Assembly (NCBI GenBank): GCA_029564515.1
Contig: JAKQPV010000048.1
Coordinates: 15,610-79,609, forward strand
Reading direction: 5' to 3'
DNA from: Spirochaetota bacterium
GTDB taxonomy: Bacteria > Spirochaetota > UBA4802 > UBA5550
Length of the DNA: 64,000 nucleotides
Positions 1-9,533 of this stretch are shown in pieces. Below the pieces are notes generated by a model, which was given only the letters and a program-made list of their open reading frames with translations, had not been told where the DNA came from and searched no databases. The translations under genes and the position numbers were made by a program. The stretch's first letter is position 1, and each line of letters begins with the position of its first letter.

Positions 1-57
1 GGAGGGGACCACGCTGGTGAGGATCGGCACGGCAATATTCGGACACAGGACGGTTGA

Positions 58-870
58 ATGACAGCAGGGAAGAAGATCATCGGATGCATCGGGACGGGGA
101 ACATGGGATCAGCTATCATGTTGCGTCTCGCTACGGGTCTTGATCCCGCACTGCTGATGATATATGATAAGGACACGGCTCGCTCCGACACCCTGTCGCG
201 CGGAGCGGGCATCTCTGTATCGTCCACACCCCAGTCACTTGCTGCCGAATCGGGCGTGGTCATTATCGCGGTCAAGCCGGATGCCGTTCCTGCCGTTATT
301 GGAGAAATTCGCGGGGCACTCAAGCCCGGTGCCATTATTGTATCAATCGCAGCCGGTGTCAGCATAGCTGCCATCGAAGTCCTGACCGGGTCTCCGATGA
401 AGATTGTAAGGGTCATGCCCAACACACCTTCCATGGTGGGAGAGGGCATGTCTGTGCTCTCGCCGAATGATCATGTGGATGAGCAGTCCCTCCTGGAAGT
501 TGAGCAGATATTTTCAAAGATAGGAAGAGTCACCGTGCTGCCGGAGAAGCTCATGGATGCTGTAACCGGCCTGTCGGGAAGCGGCCCGGCGTACGTATTT
601 ACATTTATACAGGCGCTTGCTGACGGCGGTGTCAAACTCGGGATCCCGCGCGATAAGGCAATAATGCTCGCTGCCCAGACAGTCCTCGGCTCTGCGAAAT
701 ACGTCCTGGAAAGCGGCGAAGACCCGGCGGCGCTCCGGGGCAGGGTTACTTCGCCCGGGGGCACGACAATCGAGGGAATACACGTGCTCGAGCGGAGCGG
801 CTTCTCGGGCATCGTCATGGACGCGGTTGAGAAGGCCGCGCAGAAATCACAGAAGCTGGGAGAACGGTAA
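58..870 (+). CDS. proC: pyrroline-5-carboxylate reductase
   Basis: 270-aa ORF. N-terminal Rossmann GxGxxG ('IGCIGTGNMGSAI') and the C-terminal P5CR-type 'VTSPGGTT' motif. High third-position G+C. Confidence 0.9.
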   Translation: MTAGKKIIGCIGTGNMGSAIMLRLATGLDPALLMIYDKDTARSDTLSRGAGISVSSTPQSLAAESGVVIIAVKPDAVPAVIGEIRGALKPGAIIVSIAAGVSIAAIEVLTGSPMKIVRVMPNTPSMVGEGMSVLSPNDHVDEQSLLEVEQIFSKIGRVTVLPEKLMDAVTGLSGSGPAYVFTFIQALADGGVKLGIPRDKAIMLAAQTVLGSAKYVLESGEDPAALRGRVTSPGGTTIEGIHVLERSGFSGIVMDAVEKAAQKSQKLGER

Positions 871-1847
871 TGCCCAAACGTCTGCCATTGGTCGATCCAC
901 GAGGCCGGGACGCCAGGCTCTATATTGCCGGCATATCCGCTGCAATAATAGGGATTCTCCTGATCGGCAATATCATAACCGCCCTCGTCCGCGACAGTGT
1001 CCGGGTGAAGGAGGGCAGTTATTCCGTCAGGCAGGGCTTTCCGCTTTTTACTGATGCCGGTGAATATGTAAAGCTTGTCAAGAGCTATCCCTATGATCCG
1101 GGAGTGAAGATCACCACGCACCGACTCATCAACGGCGAATCCTACTGGGACGTCGCGTATTATCATAACATATCAATTGATACTCTCATTGCAGCAAATC
1201 CGTTCATCTCGTCGCTGGTCCCCAAAGACGGCATAGAGCTCGTCGTGCCGGCTACCGACGGGGTCCTCGTGGCTATAAATGACGTGTTCGACGTGAGGAG
1301 AATGAAAAGCCTTCTTGATTTCAAGGGCGAGGTCCGGGGCGATTATTTCCCGACCATATTCAAAATAATTTCCACAGATGATATCAGGCTGGTATTTTTT
1401 AAGGGGATGAAACCTGTCATCGTGAATGCGGGCCTGGAAAAGCTCTACCGGATGAAAAATATTTTTCAATCGCCGCTCAGGGGTAATTTCACCTCTCTTT
1501 TCGGCAGCCGCGAGCACCCGTACATTCAGGACGGGACCTTCCGTTTCCATAACGGGGTTGATATAATTTCAGGTTATGGAACGTCGATTCGTCCCGCCCG
1601 CGACGGCATGGTCATCTTTACCGGTTGGCGCGGCGGGTTCGGCAACACAGTGATGATCCAGCATGATGAGGGTTATACCACCCTTTACGGCCACCTGAGT
1701 TCGATCAGCGTGAAGGTCGGTGCTTGGGTTACGAAAGACGACATCATCGGGCAGGTCGGATCGACCGGATTTTCAACCGGACCGCACCTGCATTTCACCG
1801 TCATGAAGCATGGCCAGGATGTGAACCCCCTTCTCTTTATATGGTAG
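870..1847 (+). CDS. LysM-domain M23 family metallopeptidase
   Basis: N-terminal TM helix, a LysM-like segment ('YWDVAYYHNISIDTLIAANP') and M23 motifs 'HNGVDI' and 'GSTGFSTGPHLHF'. The start overlaps the proC stop by 1 nt (TAATG). Confidence 0.85.
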   Translation: MPKRLPLVDPRGRDARLYIAGISAAIIGILLIGNIITALVRDSVRVKEGSYSVRQGFPLFTDAGEYVKLVKSYPYDPGVKITTHRLINGESYWDVAYYHNISIDTLIAANPFISSLVPKDGIELVVPATDGVLVAINDVFDVRRMKSLLDFKGEVRGDYFPTIFKIISTDDIRLVFFKGMKPVIVNAGLEKLYRMKNIFQSPLRGNFTSLFGSREHPYIQDGTFRFHNGVDIISGYGTSIRPARDGMVIFTGWRGGFGNTVMIQHDEGYTTLYGHLSSISVKVGAWVTKDDIIGQVGSTGFSTGPHLHFTVMKHGQDVNPLLFIW

Positions 1848-1893
1848 CGGTCCGATATTAACCGAAAACTATCCTGACGAGTGGTATCATGGT

Positions 1894-3456
1894 ATGGTCT
1901 ACGCCATTATCTCGGTAATTCTCTATCTCCTTTCATTTCCCGTCACGGCATATGATTTTTCCCTCTGGCCGCTGGCCTTTATAGCGCTCGTTCCATTCTT
2001 TATCTCCCTCGACAGAACCGATTCGGTGCCGGTGCAATTTGCCCTCGGGGCCGCCTGGGGCACGGTCATATCGCTCGGTATGGCGTACTGGCTCGTGTAT
2101 GCCATGATCTGGCAGTACGGTACTTCCGTCGTGACGGCAGTCGTATTCATGATTGCCGGTCTTGCGCTTCCACACGCCCTGGTATTCGGGGCTTTTGCGG
2201 TCATGTATGGCCTTCTCAGGGTGCGGAAGCCCTGGTTTTATCTGTTTGCCATACCCTCACTCTGGGTCCTCATGGAGTATTCACGGGAGCTCATTCCACT
2301 GCTGGTACCCTGGGGCCTTGCCGGTTATGCGCTCCAGCCCTGGAACCTGTTCGTGCAGGCTGCGGATATTGCCGGCGTGTACGGACTGTCTTTCATGGTG
2401 GTGATGATCAACGCCGCGATTGCGTACCTGTGCAGAGATGCATCACTGAAATCGGTGGTTACATCTTTAAGGCAGCCCGGGCTTGACGGCCGTTTGAGGC
2501 TTTTCGCGATCGGGAATCGCCGTGTGCTGGCCATAATGGCATGCGTGATGATCCTGCCGCCCGCGTACGGCGCCGTCCGCCGGCACATGATTCAGGATGA
2601 GATGTCGCTGGAGCGGGCTGCCGGGCGGGAGATACCGATAACTATCGTGCAGGCGAACTTCACCCAGGACGAGCGGTGGCGGGACTCGGGCTTCATGGAC
2701 CGGGTCAACGTCTGTCTCGGGCTGACCGGGCGGTGCCATTCGGGCAGGGGAATCGTCGTGTGGCCTGAAACGGTCCTCAATTCCCAGGGCATGGTACGGA
2801 GCGGACTTTTCGAGTTTATCAGGTCCCGCATGAGCGGGGCCGACCTCCTGGTCGCCGGCGGCGTCCGGCGTGCTATCGGCAGAAGCGGTGTATACAACAC
2901 CGCCTACCTGATATCTGAAAAGGGGGGGGAGACCTTTTACGATAAGAATGTCCTGCTTCCTTATGCTGAGCTTTCGCCCTTCGGACCAGTGCTCGGCAGT
3001 TTCTATACCGCGCCCACCGAGTTCCTGGGGGGTGATACGCCGCCGGCCGCACTGACCGGCGCGGGCATGATCGGCCTGTCGATCTGCTTTGAGTCCGTGT
3101 ATCCCTGGCACGTGCGGCGGTCGGTAACGAGCGGGGCACGCTGCCTTGTCAATATCTCGAACGAGGGGTGGTTTGGCCGCTCCTCGGAGCCGCCGCTCCA
3201 CCTGAGGCAGGCGTCAGTGCGGTCCATCGAGAACAGGCGCTTCATGGCGAGGGCCTCGAACAACGGGTATTCCGCGATCATTGCGCCGACCGGGGAGATC
3301 GTGCGGGTTTCAGGGCTCTTCACCCGCCAGTGCGTTTCCGGCGGGATCCTCATGCTCGAATCGCGAACCCTTTACACTATCCTGGGGGACTGGATACTGT
3401 ACGTCGCCGCGGCTGTTTTGCTGGCACTGCTCGGCATGGCCCTCGTAAAAAAATAA
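1894..3456 (+). CDS. lnt: apolipoprotein N-acyltransferase
   Basis: 520 aa. Polytopic N-terminal membrane region followed by a CN-hydrolase domain ('VVWPE', 'LSICFES' catalytic Cys context) and a C-terminal TM helix. Confidence 0.85.
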   Translation: MVYAIISVILYLLSFPVTAYDFSLWPLAFIALVPFFISLDRTDSVPVQFALGAAWGTVISLGMAYWLVYAMIWQYGTSVVTAVVFMIAGLALPHALVFGAFAVMYGLLRVRKPWFYLFAIPSLWVLMEYSRELIPLLVPWGLAGYALQPWNLFVQAADIAGVYGLSFMVVMINAAIAYLCRDASLKSVVTSLRQPGLDGRLRLFAIGNRRVLAIMACVMILPPAYGAVRRHMIQDEMSLERAAGREIPITIVQANFTQDERWRDSGFMDRVNVCLGLTGRCHSGRGIVVWPETVLNSQGMVRSGLFEFIRSRMSGADLLVAGGVRRAIGRSGVYNTAYLISEKGGETFYDKNVLLPYAELSPFGPVLGSFYTAPTEFLGGDTPPAALTGAGMIGLSICFESVYPWHVRRSVTSGARCLVNISNEGWFGRSSEPPLHLRQASVRSIENRRFMARASNNGYSAIIAPTGEIVRVSGLFTRQCVSGGILMLESRTLYTILGDWILYVAAAVLLALLGMALVKK

Positions 3457-3503
3457 CGGGTTACGGCTCCGGTGCCGGGTGTGCCGGGCCGGGACGTCGG
3501 AAT

Positions 3504-3537
3504 AAAAAAAGGGACATGCCGCCATGTCCCTTTTTTT
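3504..3537. terminator. bidirectional intrinsic terminator between convergent lnt and the CocE/NonD gene
   Basis: A7 - GGGACATG CCGC CATGTCCC - T7. Perfect 8-bp stem with a 4-nt loop, and A/T tracts on both sides. Confidence 0.8.
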
Positions 3538-3554
3538 CCCTGCAGCGATGAGTG

Positions 3555-6098
3555 TTACGCTTTTTTTCTTCTCCTGAAATACCGCTGGAGCATGATGAGC
3601 GTCATCGGGAGCATCATGATCCCCATGAGACCCATGATCTCCGCCGCAAGGCCGGCCGGGGTTCCGCGGTAGGAGGCGGCGCTCGCCGGACTTCCGCAAC
3701 CGGTGGATTCGCCCGAGAGCAGGTACTCGTCCGCATCCGCGTTGTCTCCGATCCACTCCCAGGTTTTTCCCTCGTTGTCGTCGTTGGTTACCGTGAAATC
3801 GATCCTGGCCTGGTGCTTCGCATCGATAACGATCGTGTTGTCCGAAGGCTGGATGATCGGAAGCAGGTGCGGGAAATCGGAAGCCGAGAGGCTCAGGCGT
3901 ATGCGGTGGCCGGCCTTGAATACATTGCAGGTGGGCCACAGCTCGACCGTGTACTGGTAGTTCTCGCCCTCGTTGATGGTCTTCGGGTTCTTGTCCGGCC
4001 CGTCATAGAACGGGTCAAACGGAGCATATGCCGGGTCGATGGGATGGTCGACGACCCTGGTCGGCCAGTACCAGGGGCCTTCGTTGTAGACGTTGGTCTT
4101 GCCCGAGGGATCGTACTGGCGGTGCCAGGCGGAGAGCCAGCCGGAGGTGATGTTGCGCGCCCTTCCGTCGGGGAACACATCGTTCAGCTCGGCGACCCAC
4201 TGCACGTCCTTTTTGTTCATGCCGTCGAGGATCAGGTTGTCGGTAATACCGAGGGTGCTCTTGATCGTGTCGAACAGGCCGTCGATCACCGTCTGGGTGA
4301 GCGGGTCAGCAAACCTGGTCTTTGCCCAGAAGGTAAGTGCGATGGGACCGGTTATGTTCACGTCCTCTTCGAGGGGCTCGGTCGTGAAGGTCAGGCATTC
4401 TTTTTCGTCCTGGCGCTCGTCCTCGAACCACTGGTCCTCGTCAATGTTTTTTCCCAGGTAGAACTTTGACACGTCGGAGAGTATCGCTTCCATCCCCATG
4501 AGCCACCGCGTGCTCGAGCGGGACTCCCATCCGTGCAGGTTCGCCGGGTTGTGTTTCAGCACCGGGTTATCGCCGGAGAAGCTCTGGACATCGCTCAGTC
4601 CGTAGTTGTTGTCGGTATATTTTTTCAATAGCGGCAGCGTATCCTCGTCGGTGTACCAGTCACCGTCGATTGGCGAGGGGGCCTGCTTGGTCAGGTAGAG
4701 CGTCCGGTGGTCGAGCCGGCTCTCCGGCAGCGGCCAGGACTTTTCTGCGCGCCACTTGTTCTCGCCCATGACGTACATTAAAACGGGGAATTGCTCGAGG
4801 AACGGTTCCTCAATCTTTTTGATCTTCCAGTCAAACCAGCGGGCCGGGAGCTTCCCGCCCACGATCGAGTTGAGGCCCATTCCCAGGGACCCGCCCAGGT
4901 GGTAGTATTCGCCGATGATCATGCGCTTGTCGGATGCTGCATGCTTGCTCAGGCCGTACTGGTATGCGTTCGTGGTGCCGCGGGTGAAGATGTCGAACCA
5001 TCCGCCGACGCTGAAGACCGGCAGCTTGCTTGACAGGACCTTGTCCCCTTCAGGGAAGCCCCAGCCGCCCTTCGGCTTGACGGGCCAGTAGATCATGGTC
5101 GACTTCTTGTCATAGAAGGGGCCGTCTTTAAGGTTGGCGGCGTCCATGACCCACCCGAGGGTCGTCGGGATGTGGTTCAGGTGCTCGCTCCACATGGCCC
5201 GCGCCTGCGCCATGTCCTCCTCGGTAAATTTTCCGTCGACGCCGAGGTTGAGCATCGAGGGCAGGATGGCCATTATGTCAACCATCCCGAGCCACAGGGG
5301 GATGAAGAGCATATCGCAGTTGCCGCCGTGCATGACGATGTCGCGGTAGGTGTCGGCCATCGGGACCAGCGGGAAGAGCGCTTTCAGGTGCACCGGCTCG
5401 CCGGTCTTCGGATCGGTCTCAACGAGACCGCCGGTGAGCAGCTGTATGATGCCCATGTATGACGGGCCGATCATGCCGATCGTGCCGTCGGACCAGACGC
5501 GCGTCGGAATGAACTTGTCAACCAGGTACTTGATGTCATACTGCTCGACCAGGTCGAACGAGGTCCATTTGCCCGACGAGGAGCCGGTCCCGCGGATGTC
5601 GATCGCCATCAGGTTGTACCTGCTCGCGACGAGGGGAACGTAGAGCATCATCATGATCTCGCGGCGGTACGGCGTCGCTACCACGATGGTGGGAAGCTTC
5701 TCGCTGCCTGACGGCCTGATGACGGTCGCCCACAGGTCGGTGTCCCCGTCGCTGTAAGGATTTTCCGTCTGCGGTACGGTAACGCGGACATTCAGGTCGA
5801 TCTTCGCATTGAGAATGCCGCTCTTCGAAAGCTCGCCGCTAATCTGGTCCTTCTGTGTCGATAAAAGCTGGTCCGGACAGCTCGAGCAAGAGTCGTCGCC
5901 GATCGGCTCGACATAGTATTTCGATTCCTCCACGGTGCTTCCAATGCCACCGGTGCCGCCTGTTGTATCATCGGACAGGTCGGATTCAGATGGATCATGA
6001 AACGGGAAAGAAGAGTCGCTGGAGTTATTATCACATGAGAGAGTGGAGAACAGGGTTACAGCTATGATGAAGATTAAAAATAATCCGGATCGAATCAT
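3555..6098 (-). CDS. CocE/NonD (peptidase S15 / X-Pro dipeptidyl-peptidase-like) family hydrolase, lipoprotein signal plus C-terminal TM/basic tail
   Basis: 847 aa. Lipobox 'FSTLSC' at the N-terminus. 'GPSYMG' fits the GxSYxG nucleophile elbow of the S15/CocE family. The C-terminus is 'GCGS...' followed by a hydrophobic helix and 'RRRKKA'. Confidence 0.75.
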   Translation of the reverse strand: MIRSGLFLIFIIAVTLFSTLSCDNNSSDSSFPFHDPSESDLSDDTTGGTGGIGSTVEESKYYVEPIGDDSCSSCPDQLLSTQKDQISGELSKSGILNAKIDLNVRVTVPQTENPYSDGDTDLWATVIRPSGSEKLPTIVVATPYRREIMMMLYVPLVASRYNLMAIDIRGTGSSSGKWTSFDLVEQYDIKYLVDKFIPTRVWSDGTIGMIGPSYMGIIQLLTGGLVETDPKTGEPVHLKALFPLVPMADTYRDIVMHGGNCDMLFIPLWLGMVDIMAILPSMLNLGVDGKFTEEDMAQARAMWSEHLNHIPTTLGWVMDAANLKDGPFYDKKSTMIYWPVKPKGGWGFPEGDKVLSSKLPVFSVGGWFDIFTRGTTNAYQYGLSKHAASDKRMIIGEYYHLGGSLGMGLNSIVGGKLPARWFDWKIKKIEEPFLEQFPVLMYVMGENKWRAEKSWPLPESRLDHRTLYLTKQAPSPIDGDWYTDEDTLPLLKKYTDNNYGLSDVQSFSGDNPVLKHNPANLHGWESRSSTRWLMGMEAILSDVSKFYLGKNIDEDQWFEDERQDEKECLTFTTEPLEEDVNITGPIALTFWAKTRFADPLTQTVIDGLFDTIKSTLGITDNLILDGMNKKDVQWVAELNDVFPDGRARNITSGWLSAWHRQYDPSGKTNVYNEGPWYWPTRVVDHPIDPAYAPFDPFYDGPDKNPKTINEGENYQYTVELWPTCNVFKAGHRIRLSLSASDFPHLLPIIQPSDNTIVIDAKHQARIDFTVTNDDNEGKTWEWIGDNADADEYLLSGESTGCGSPASAASYRGTPAGLAAEIMGLMGIMMLPMTLIMLQRYFRRRKKA

Positions 6099-6634
6099 AC
6101 GTCCTCTCTTTATTATTTTATGTAATGGATGTAGATGAATAACAAAAAACAGACCAGAATACTGATCTGTTTGCCCTTGCTATTGTTATAAAGAGGTTCA
6201 TGCCTTGTGTCAATAAAAAACCGACCAGACGGTAAAAAATATGGAATTTTTAACTCTTGTCCAATTTTTTAACATAAAAAATGACCGATCAGTCAATGTG
6301 GGCATTTATACACTGAAAGAGGGTATGTAAGTTTTGGGTGCAGGGCGTAGACGGCTGAATCTTCAGATGAAGTAAAATTACCGACTTGAACGCAATTCAT
6401 CACAGCTTGAATAGGTCAGAGCGGGGTGCCAGAGTAATTGCAGCACGTTAAAACATGCAGGAGCCCCGCGTCACGGCGATATAAAAAATAAATTGAATTA
6501 TTTCAGTGACTTATAATAATATACAACTATCTTAATTATATTGTGCTTGTGTCCTGCCATCACCGGGAGCAAGGGTGGTGAATTGCGAACCGCATATTAA
6601 GAAACAAGGAGCCGGAACGGCTGATAAGTATATC

Positions 6635-7402
6635 ATGAAGCGCATCTGTATCATCTGTATCATCGCAGCATCGGTCGGTGTTTTCAGTTCCGCATCCCTC
6701 TCGCAGGAAGACAGGAAAATAGAGCTGAATGCACAAGGTATCCTGGCGCGGGTCGACAGGTTTTTCGAATATCCCCGCGGCCTGCTCAAGGGGGTTATCA
6801 AGCACATCAGGCCGGACGGAAGCGCGCTGAACATCTACCTGACCGGGCGCATCACCCAGGAGGATTTTCTCTTCACGTTCAACACCCACGAGCGGGGCGA
6901 CCAGATGAAGGTGCTCTACAATCTGGGGGGTGAGGATATCTGGGTCTATAATCTTCACGAGCTGAAGATGTTCCACAAGATGGGCATCGATAAGTTCGAC
7001 GAGGTACTCGCGACGAACTACAGCTTCACCGACCTCTCGAACGTCGATTTCCAGAGTAACTACACCGCGACCATCACCGGCGAGGCGGTGGTCAAGGGGA
7101 GCGACGTTTACACGCTGGTGCTGAAACCGATCGCGAAGGGGGGGGAGTACGGACAGCTTACCCTGTATGTGACGAAGGACAAGTTCATCCCCCTCAGGAT
7201 CGACTACCATGACCGCGATAAGGTCATATTTAAATTCTTAAGCGTCGTCAAGGTAAAGGAGAACGGCTCCCGCGTGGTCCCGGTCCGGTACGACATGATG
7301 AATATCCGGCAGGGCACGGTCACCGTGTTCAGCATCAGCGATATAGACGAGAATGCGGCGTTCAACCCGGAGATATTCCGGCCGGAACGGCTCGGTGAAT
7401 GA
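6635..7402 (+). CDS. outer-membrane lipoprotein-sorting (LolA-like) family protein
   Basis: Signal peptide 'MKRICIICIIAASVGVFSSASL'. Length, beta-rich pattern and C-terminal '...FNPEIFRPERL' resemble LolA-like/DUF4367-type proteins. The start was chosen at ATG 6635 inside track ORF 6575..7402 and is uncertain. Confidence 0.55.
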   Translation: MKRICIICIIAASVGVFSSASLSQEDRKIELNAQGILARVDRFFEYPRGLLKGVIKHIRPDGSALNIYLTGRITQEDFLFTFNTHERGDQMKVLYNLGGEDIWVYNLHELKMFHKMGIDKFDEVLATNYSFTDLSNVDFQSNYTATITGEAVVKGSDVYTLVLKPIAKGGEYGQLTLYVTKDKFIPLRIDYHDRDKVIFKFLSVVKVKENGSRVVPVRYDMMNIRQGTVTVFSISDIDENAAFNPEIFRPERLGE

Positions 7403-7414
7403 CGGAGACCCCCG

Positions 7415-8161
7415 GTGCCCCAGTTTTTCGTAATGTCGTCCGATATCGTTGACAGCAGGTGCCGCATCGCCGGCGACGATTACCGCCACCTTGCCTCGGT
7501 GCGGCGCGTGCGGCCCGATGACCGGATCATGCTCCGGGACGAGCGTGGCGATTCGCTTTCCGGCCGCGTCGTGAACGTGACGGACAGCTATATCGAGGTC
7601 GAGATCGTCGGCAGGAGCGCCGGCGCGCCTCCGCCGGCCGACATCACGCTCTGCATGTGCCTTCTGAAAGGAAAGAACTTCGACCTGGTCATCGAGAAAG
7701 CGGTGGAGGTGGGGGTCTCCCGGATCGTGCCGGTACTGTCGGAGAGGACCATCGCCCGCCCGGCGGACGCGGAGGCGCGGGTGACCCGCTGGGACCGAAA
7801 GGCCGGGGAAGCGGCGAAGCAGTCGCTTCGCGGCACGCGGCCGGTTATCGGGGAGATACGCTCCTTCACGGAACTGATCGCGGGAGAGCGGGACCGGGTG
7901 CGGATCATTGCGCACCCCGGGGCACCGGGATCGCTGATGCAGGTTCTCCGCCGGGAGCGCTCGTGCGGCATAAGCCTCCTGGTCGGGCCCGAGGGCGGCT
8001 TTAGCCCGCGCGAGGTTGCCGCAGCGGAGGAGGCCGGGTGGACGGCCGCGGGGATCGGTTTCTCGCAGATGAGGGCCGGCACCGCCGCGATTGTGCTCTG
8101 CGGAATTATCGTTTATGAATGGGGAGAGCGGGACAACGCATGTTCCGCTGTTTCGACCTGA
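7415..8161 (+). CDS. rsmE: 16S rRNA (uracil1498-N3)-methyltransferase
   Basis: 248 aa. 'MPQFFV' start, a PUA-like N-terminus, 'LLKGKNFDLVIEKAVEVGV' and C-terminal 'GPEGGFS..E' SPOUT motifs. Confidence 0.85.
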   Translation: MPQFFVMSSDIVDSRCRIAGDDYRHLASVRRVRPDDRIMLRDERGDSLSGRVVNVTDSYIEVEIVGRSAGAPPPADITLCMCLLKGKNFDLVIEKAVEVGVSRIVPVLSERTIARPADAEARVTRWDRKAGEAAKQSLRGTRPVIGEIRSFTELIAGERDRVRIIAHPGAPGSLMQVLRRERSCGISLLVGPEGGFSPREVAAAEEAGWTAAGIGFSQMRAGTAAIVLCGIIVYEWGERDNACSAVST

Positions 8162-8205
8162 CTGCTTTTTCACACTGACTGACGGGCACCGCCCGAGGGG
8201 CCACC

Positions 8206-9282
8206 ATGGAACGATACCTGTATGCAGCTATTGACGCCAATATCAACCGCGCGCTCGAGGGAGTGCGCGTGTGCGAGGACGTCCTCCGCTTCTGCCTTCA
8301 CCGGGCGGACATCTCCACCCGCATCAAGGAGATACGGCACCGCGTCGCCGATGCAGCAAAGCTCTTTCCGCGCGCCCTGCTCCTCCGGGGCCGCGACGTC
8401 GAAGCCGACGGGCAGAAGTTCGTTGACCTGGGGGGAGAGGGAACGAGGGAGACGCTGGACGATCTCTGCTCCGCCAACCTTCACCGCGCCATGGAGGCGG
8501 TCCGCTCCCTCGAGGAGTTCGGCAAGCTTGCTCTCCCCGGAATGCCGGGGAACCCGTTCCAGGAGATCCGCTTCATGCTCTACGCGCTCGAGCGCGAGGT
8601 CGTGCCGGCGCTCAGGCGCGAGGCGGTCATGGCGCGCTTTAACCGGGCGCTTTACGCGGTGCTCGACCCCTCGTACATGTCCGGCGTGAATTACCGCGAT
8701 GCCGCCATTGCCATGGTGCGGGGCGGCGCCTCGATCATACAGCTGCGCATGAAGGGAGGGGGCCGGAAGGAAGTCCTGGAAACGGCGAAAGACCTGTCGG
8801 CGGTCTGCCGGGCCGAGAAGGTCGTGTTCATCGTCAACGATCACGTCGATATCGCCATTCTTGCCGGAGCCGACGGCGTCCACCTGGGCATTAATGACCT
8901 TGATGCGGCTGACGCGCGCAGGCTGCTTCCGCCCGAGATGATCATCGGCGTGTCCGTCTACAGTACGGACGGGCTTGCCCTGGCGGCGCCGCGGGCGGCC
9001 GACTATATCGCCATCGGGCCGGTGTATGACACCGTGTACCAGACCGAGAAGGGCGCCATCAAGCTGAGGGGGTCGGGCGTGGACATGATCGGCCGGGCGA
9101 AGAAGACCGTAAGCGTGCCGGTTGTCGCCATCGGCGGCATTACCGCGGCGGAGGCGGGGAAGGCGATCGCCGCGGGCGCGGATGCGGTAGCGGTGACATC
9201 GGCCCTGTACGGGGAAAACCGGATTGAAGAGAACAGCCGTGCGCTCGCCGAGGCGGCGCGCGGCGGGCAGAAGTCCCTGTGA
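8206..9282 (+). CDS. thiE: thiamine-phosphate synthase with an N-terminal extension of about 150 aa
   Basis: The C-terminal roughly 200 aa carry ThiE motifs ('VNDHVDIAILAGADGVHLG', 'AIGGI'). The N-terminal helical extension has unknown function. Confidence 0.8.
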   Translation: MERYLYAAIDANINRALEGVRVCEDVLRFCLHRADISTRIKEIRHRVADAAKLFPRALLLRGRDVEADGQKFVDLGGEGTRETLDDLCSANLHRAMEAVRSLEEFGKLALPGMPGNPFQEIRFMLYALEREVVPALRREAVMARFNRALYAVLDPSYMSGVNYRDAAIAMVRGGASIIQLRMKGGGRKEVLETAKDLSAVCRAEKVVFIVNDHVDIAILAGADGVHLGINDLDAADARRLLPPEMIIGVSVYSTDGLALAAPRAADYIAIGPVYDTVYQTEKGAIKLRGSGVDMIGRAKKTVSVPVVAIGGITAAEAGKAIAAGADAVAVTSALYGENRIEENSRALAEAARGGQKSL

Positions 9283-9293
9283 CCGCCGGCGTC

Positions 9294-9533
9294 ATGAAAG
9301 AAGAAGAGATCAGGAAGAGCATTGATATGGCGCGCGGGGAATGGCGCCGGGCCCGCGACGCAAAACTCTCGCGCAAGCGCGAGCTGCTGGCCGGCGGGAT
9401 GGGCGGTGCCGCGGCCCGCCGCGACCGTGCGTACCGCGGACACAGGAAAGAGCAGCGGCGCAGCGCAGTCGTCATCCGGCACCTCGAGCGGCGCCTCAAC
9501 AGGATTCGTGCACGTGAAAAAAACAGGTCGTGA
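9294..9533 (+). CDS. small highly basic (Arg-rich) coiled-coil-like protein, unknown function
   Basis: 79 codons from ATG 9294 (track ORF 9279..9533). G/C-rich third positions throughout this frame. The 5' end abuts the thiE stop and the 3' end overlaps the radical-SAM start by about 20-26 nt. Confidence 0.55.
   Translation: MKEEEIRKSIDMARGEWRRARDAKLSRKRELLAGGMGGAAARRDRAYRGHRKEQRRSAVVIRHLERRLNRIRAREKNRS

Noticed and set aside
7238-8173. 311-aa minus-strand ORF covering rsmE
   Set aside because: It is antisense to a gene with clear RsmE motifs. The translation is Arg/Pro/Gly/Ala-rich junk typical of shadow ORFs in high-G+C DNA.
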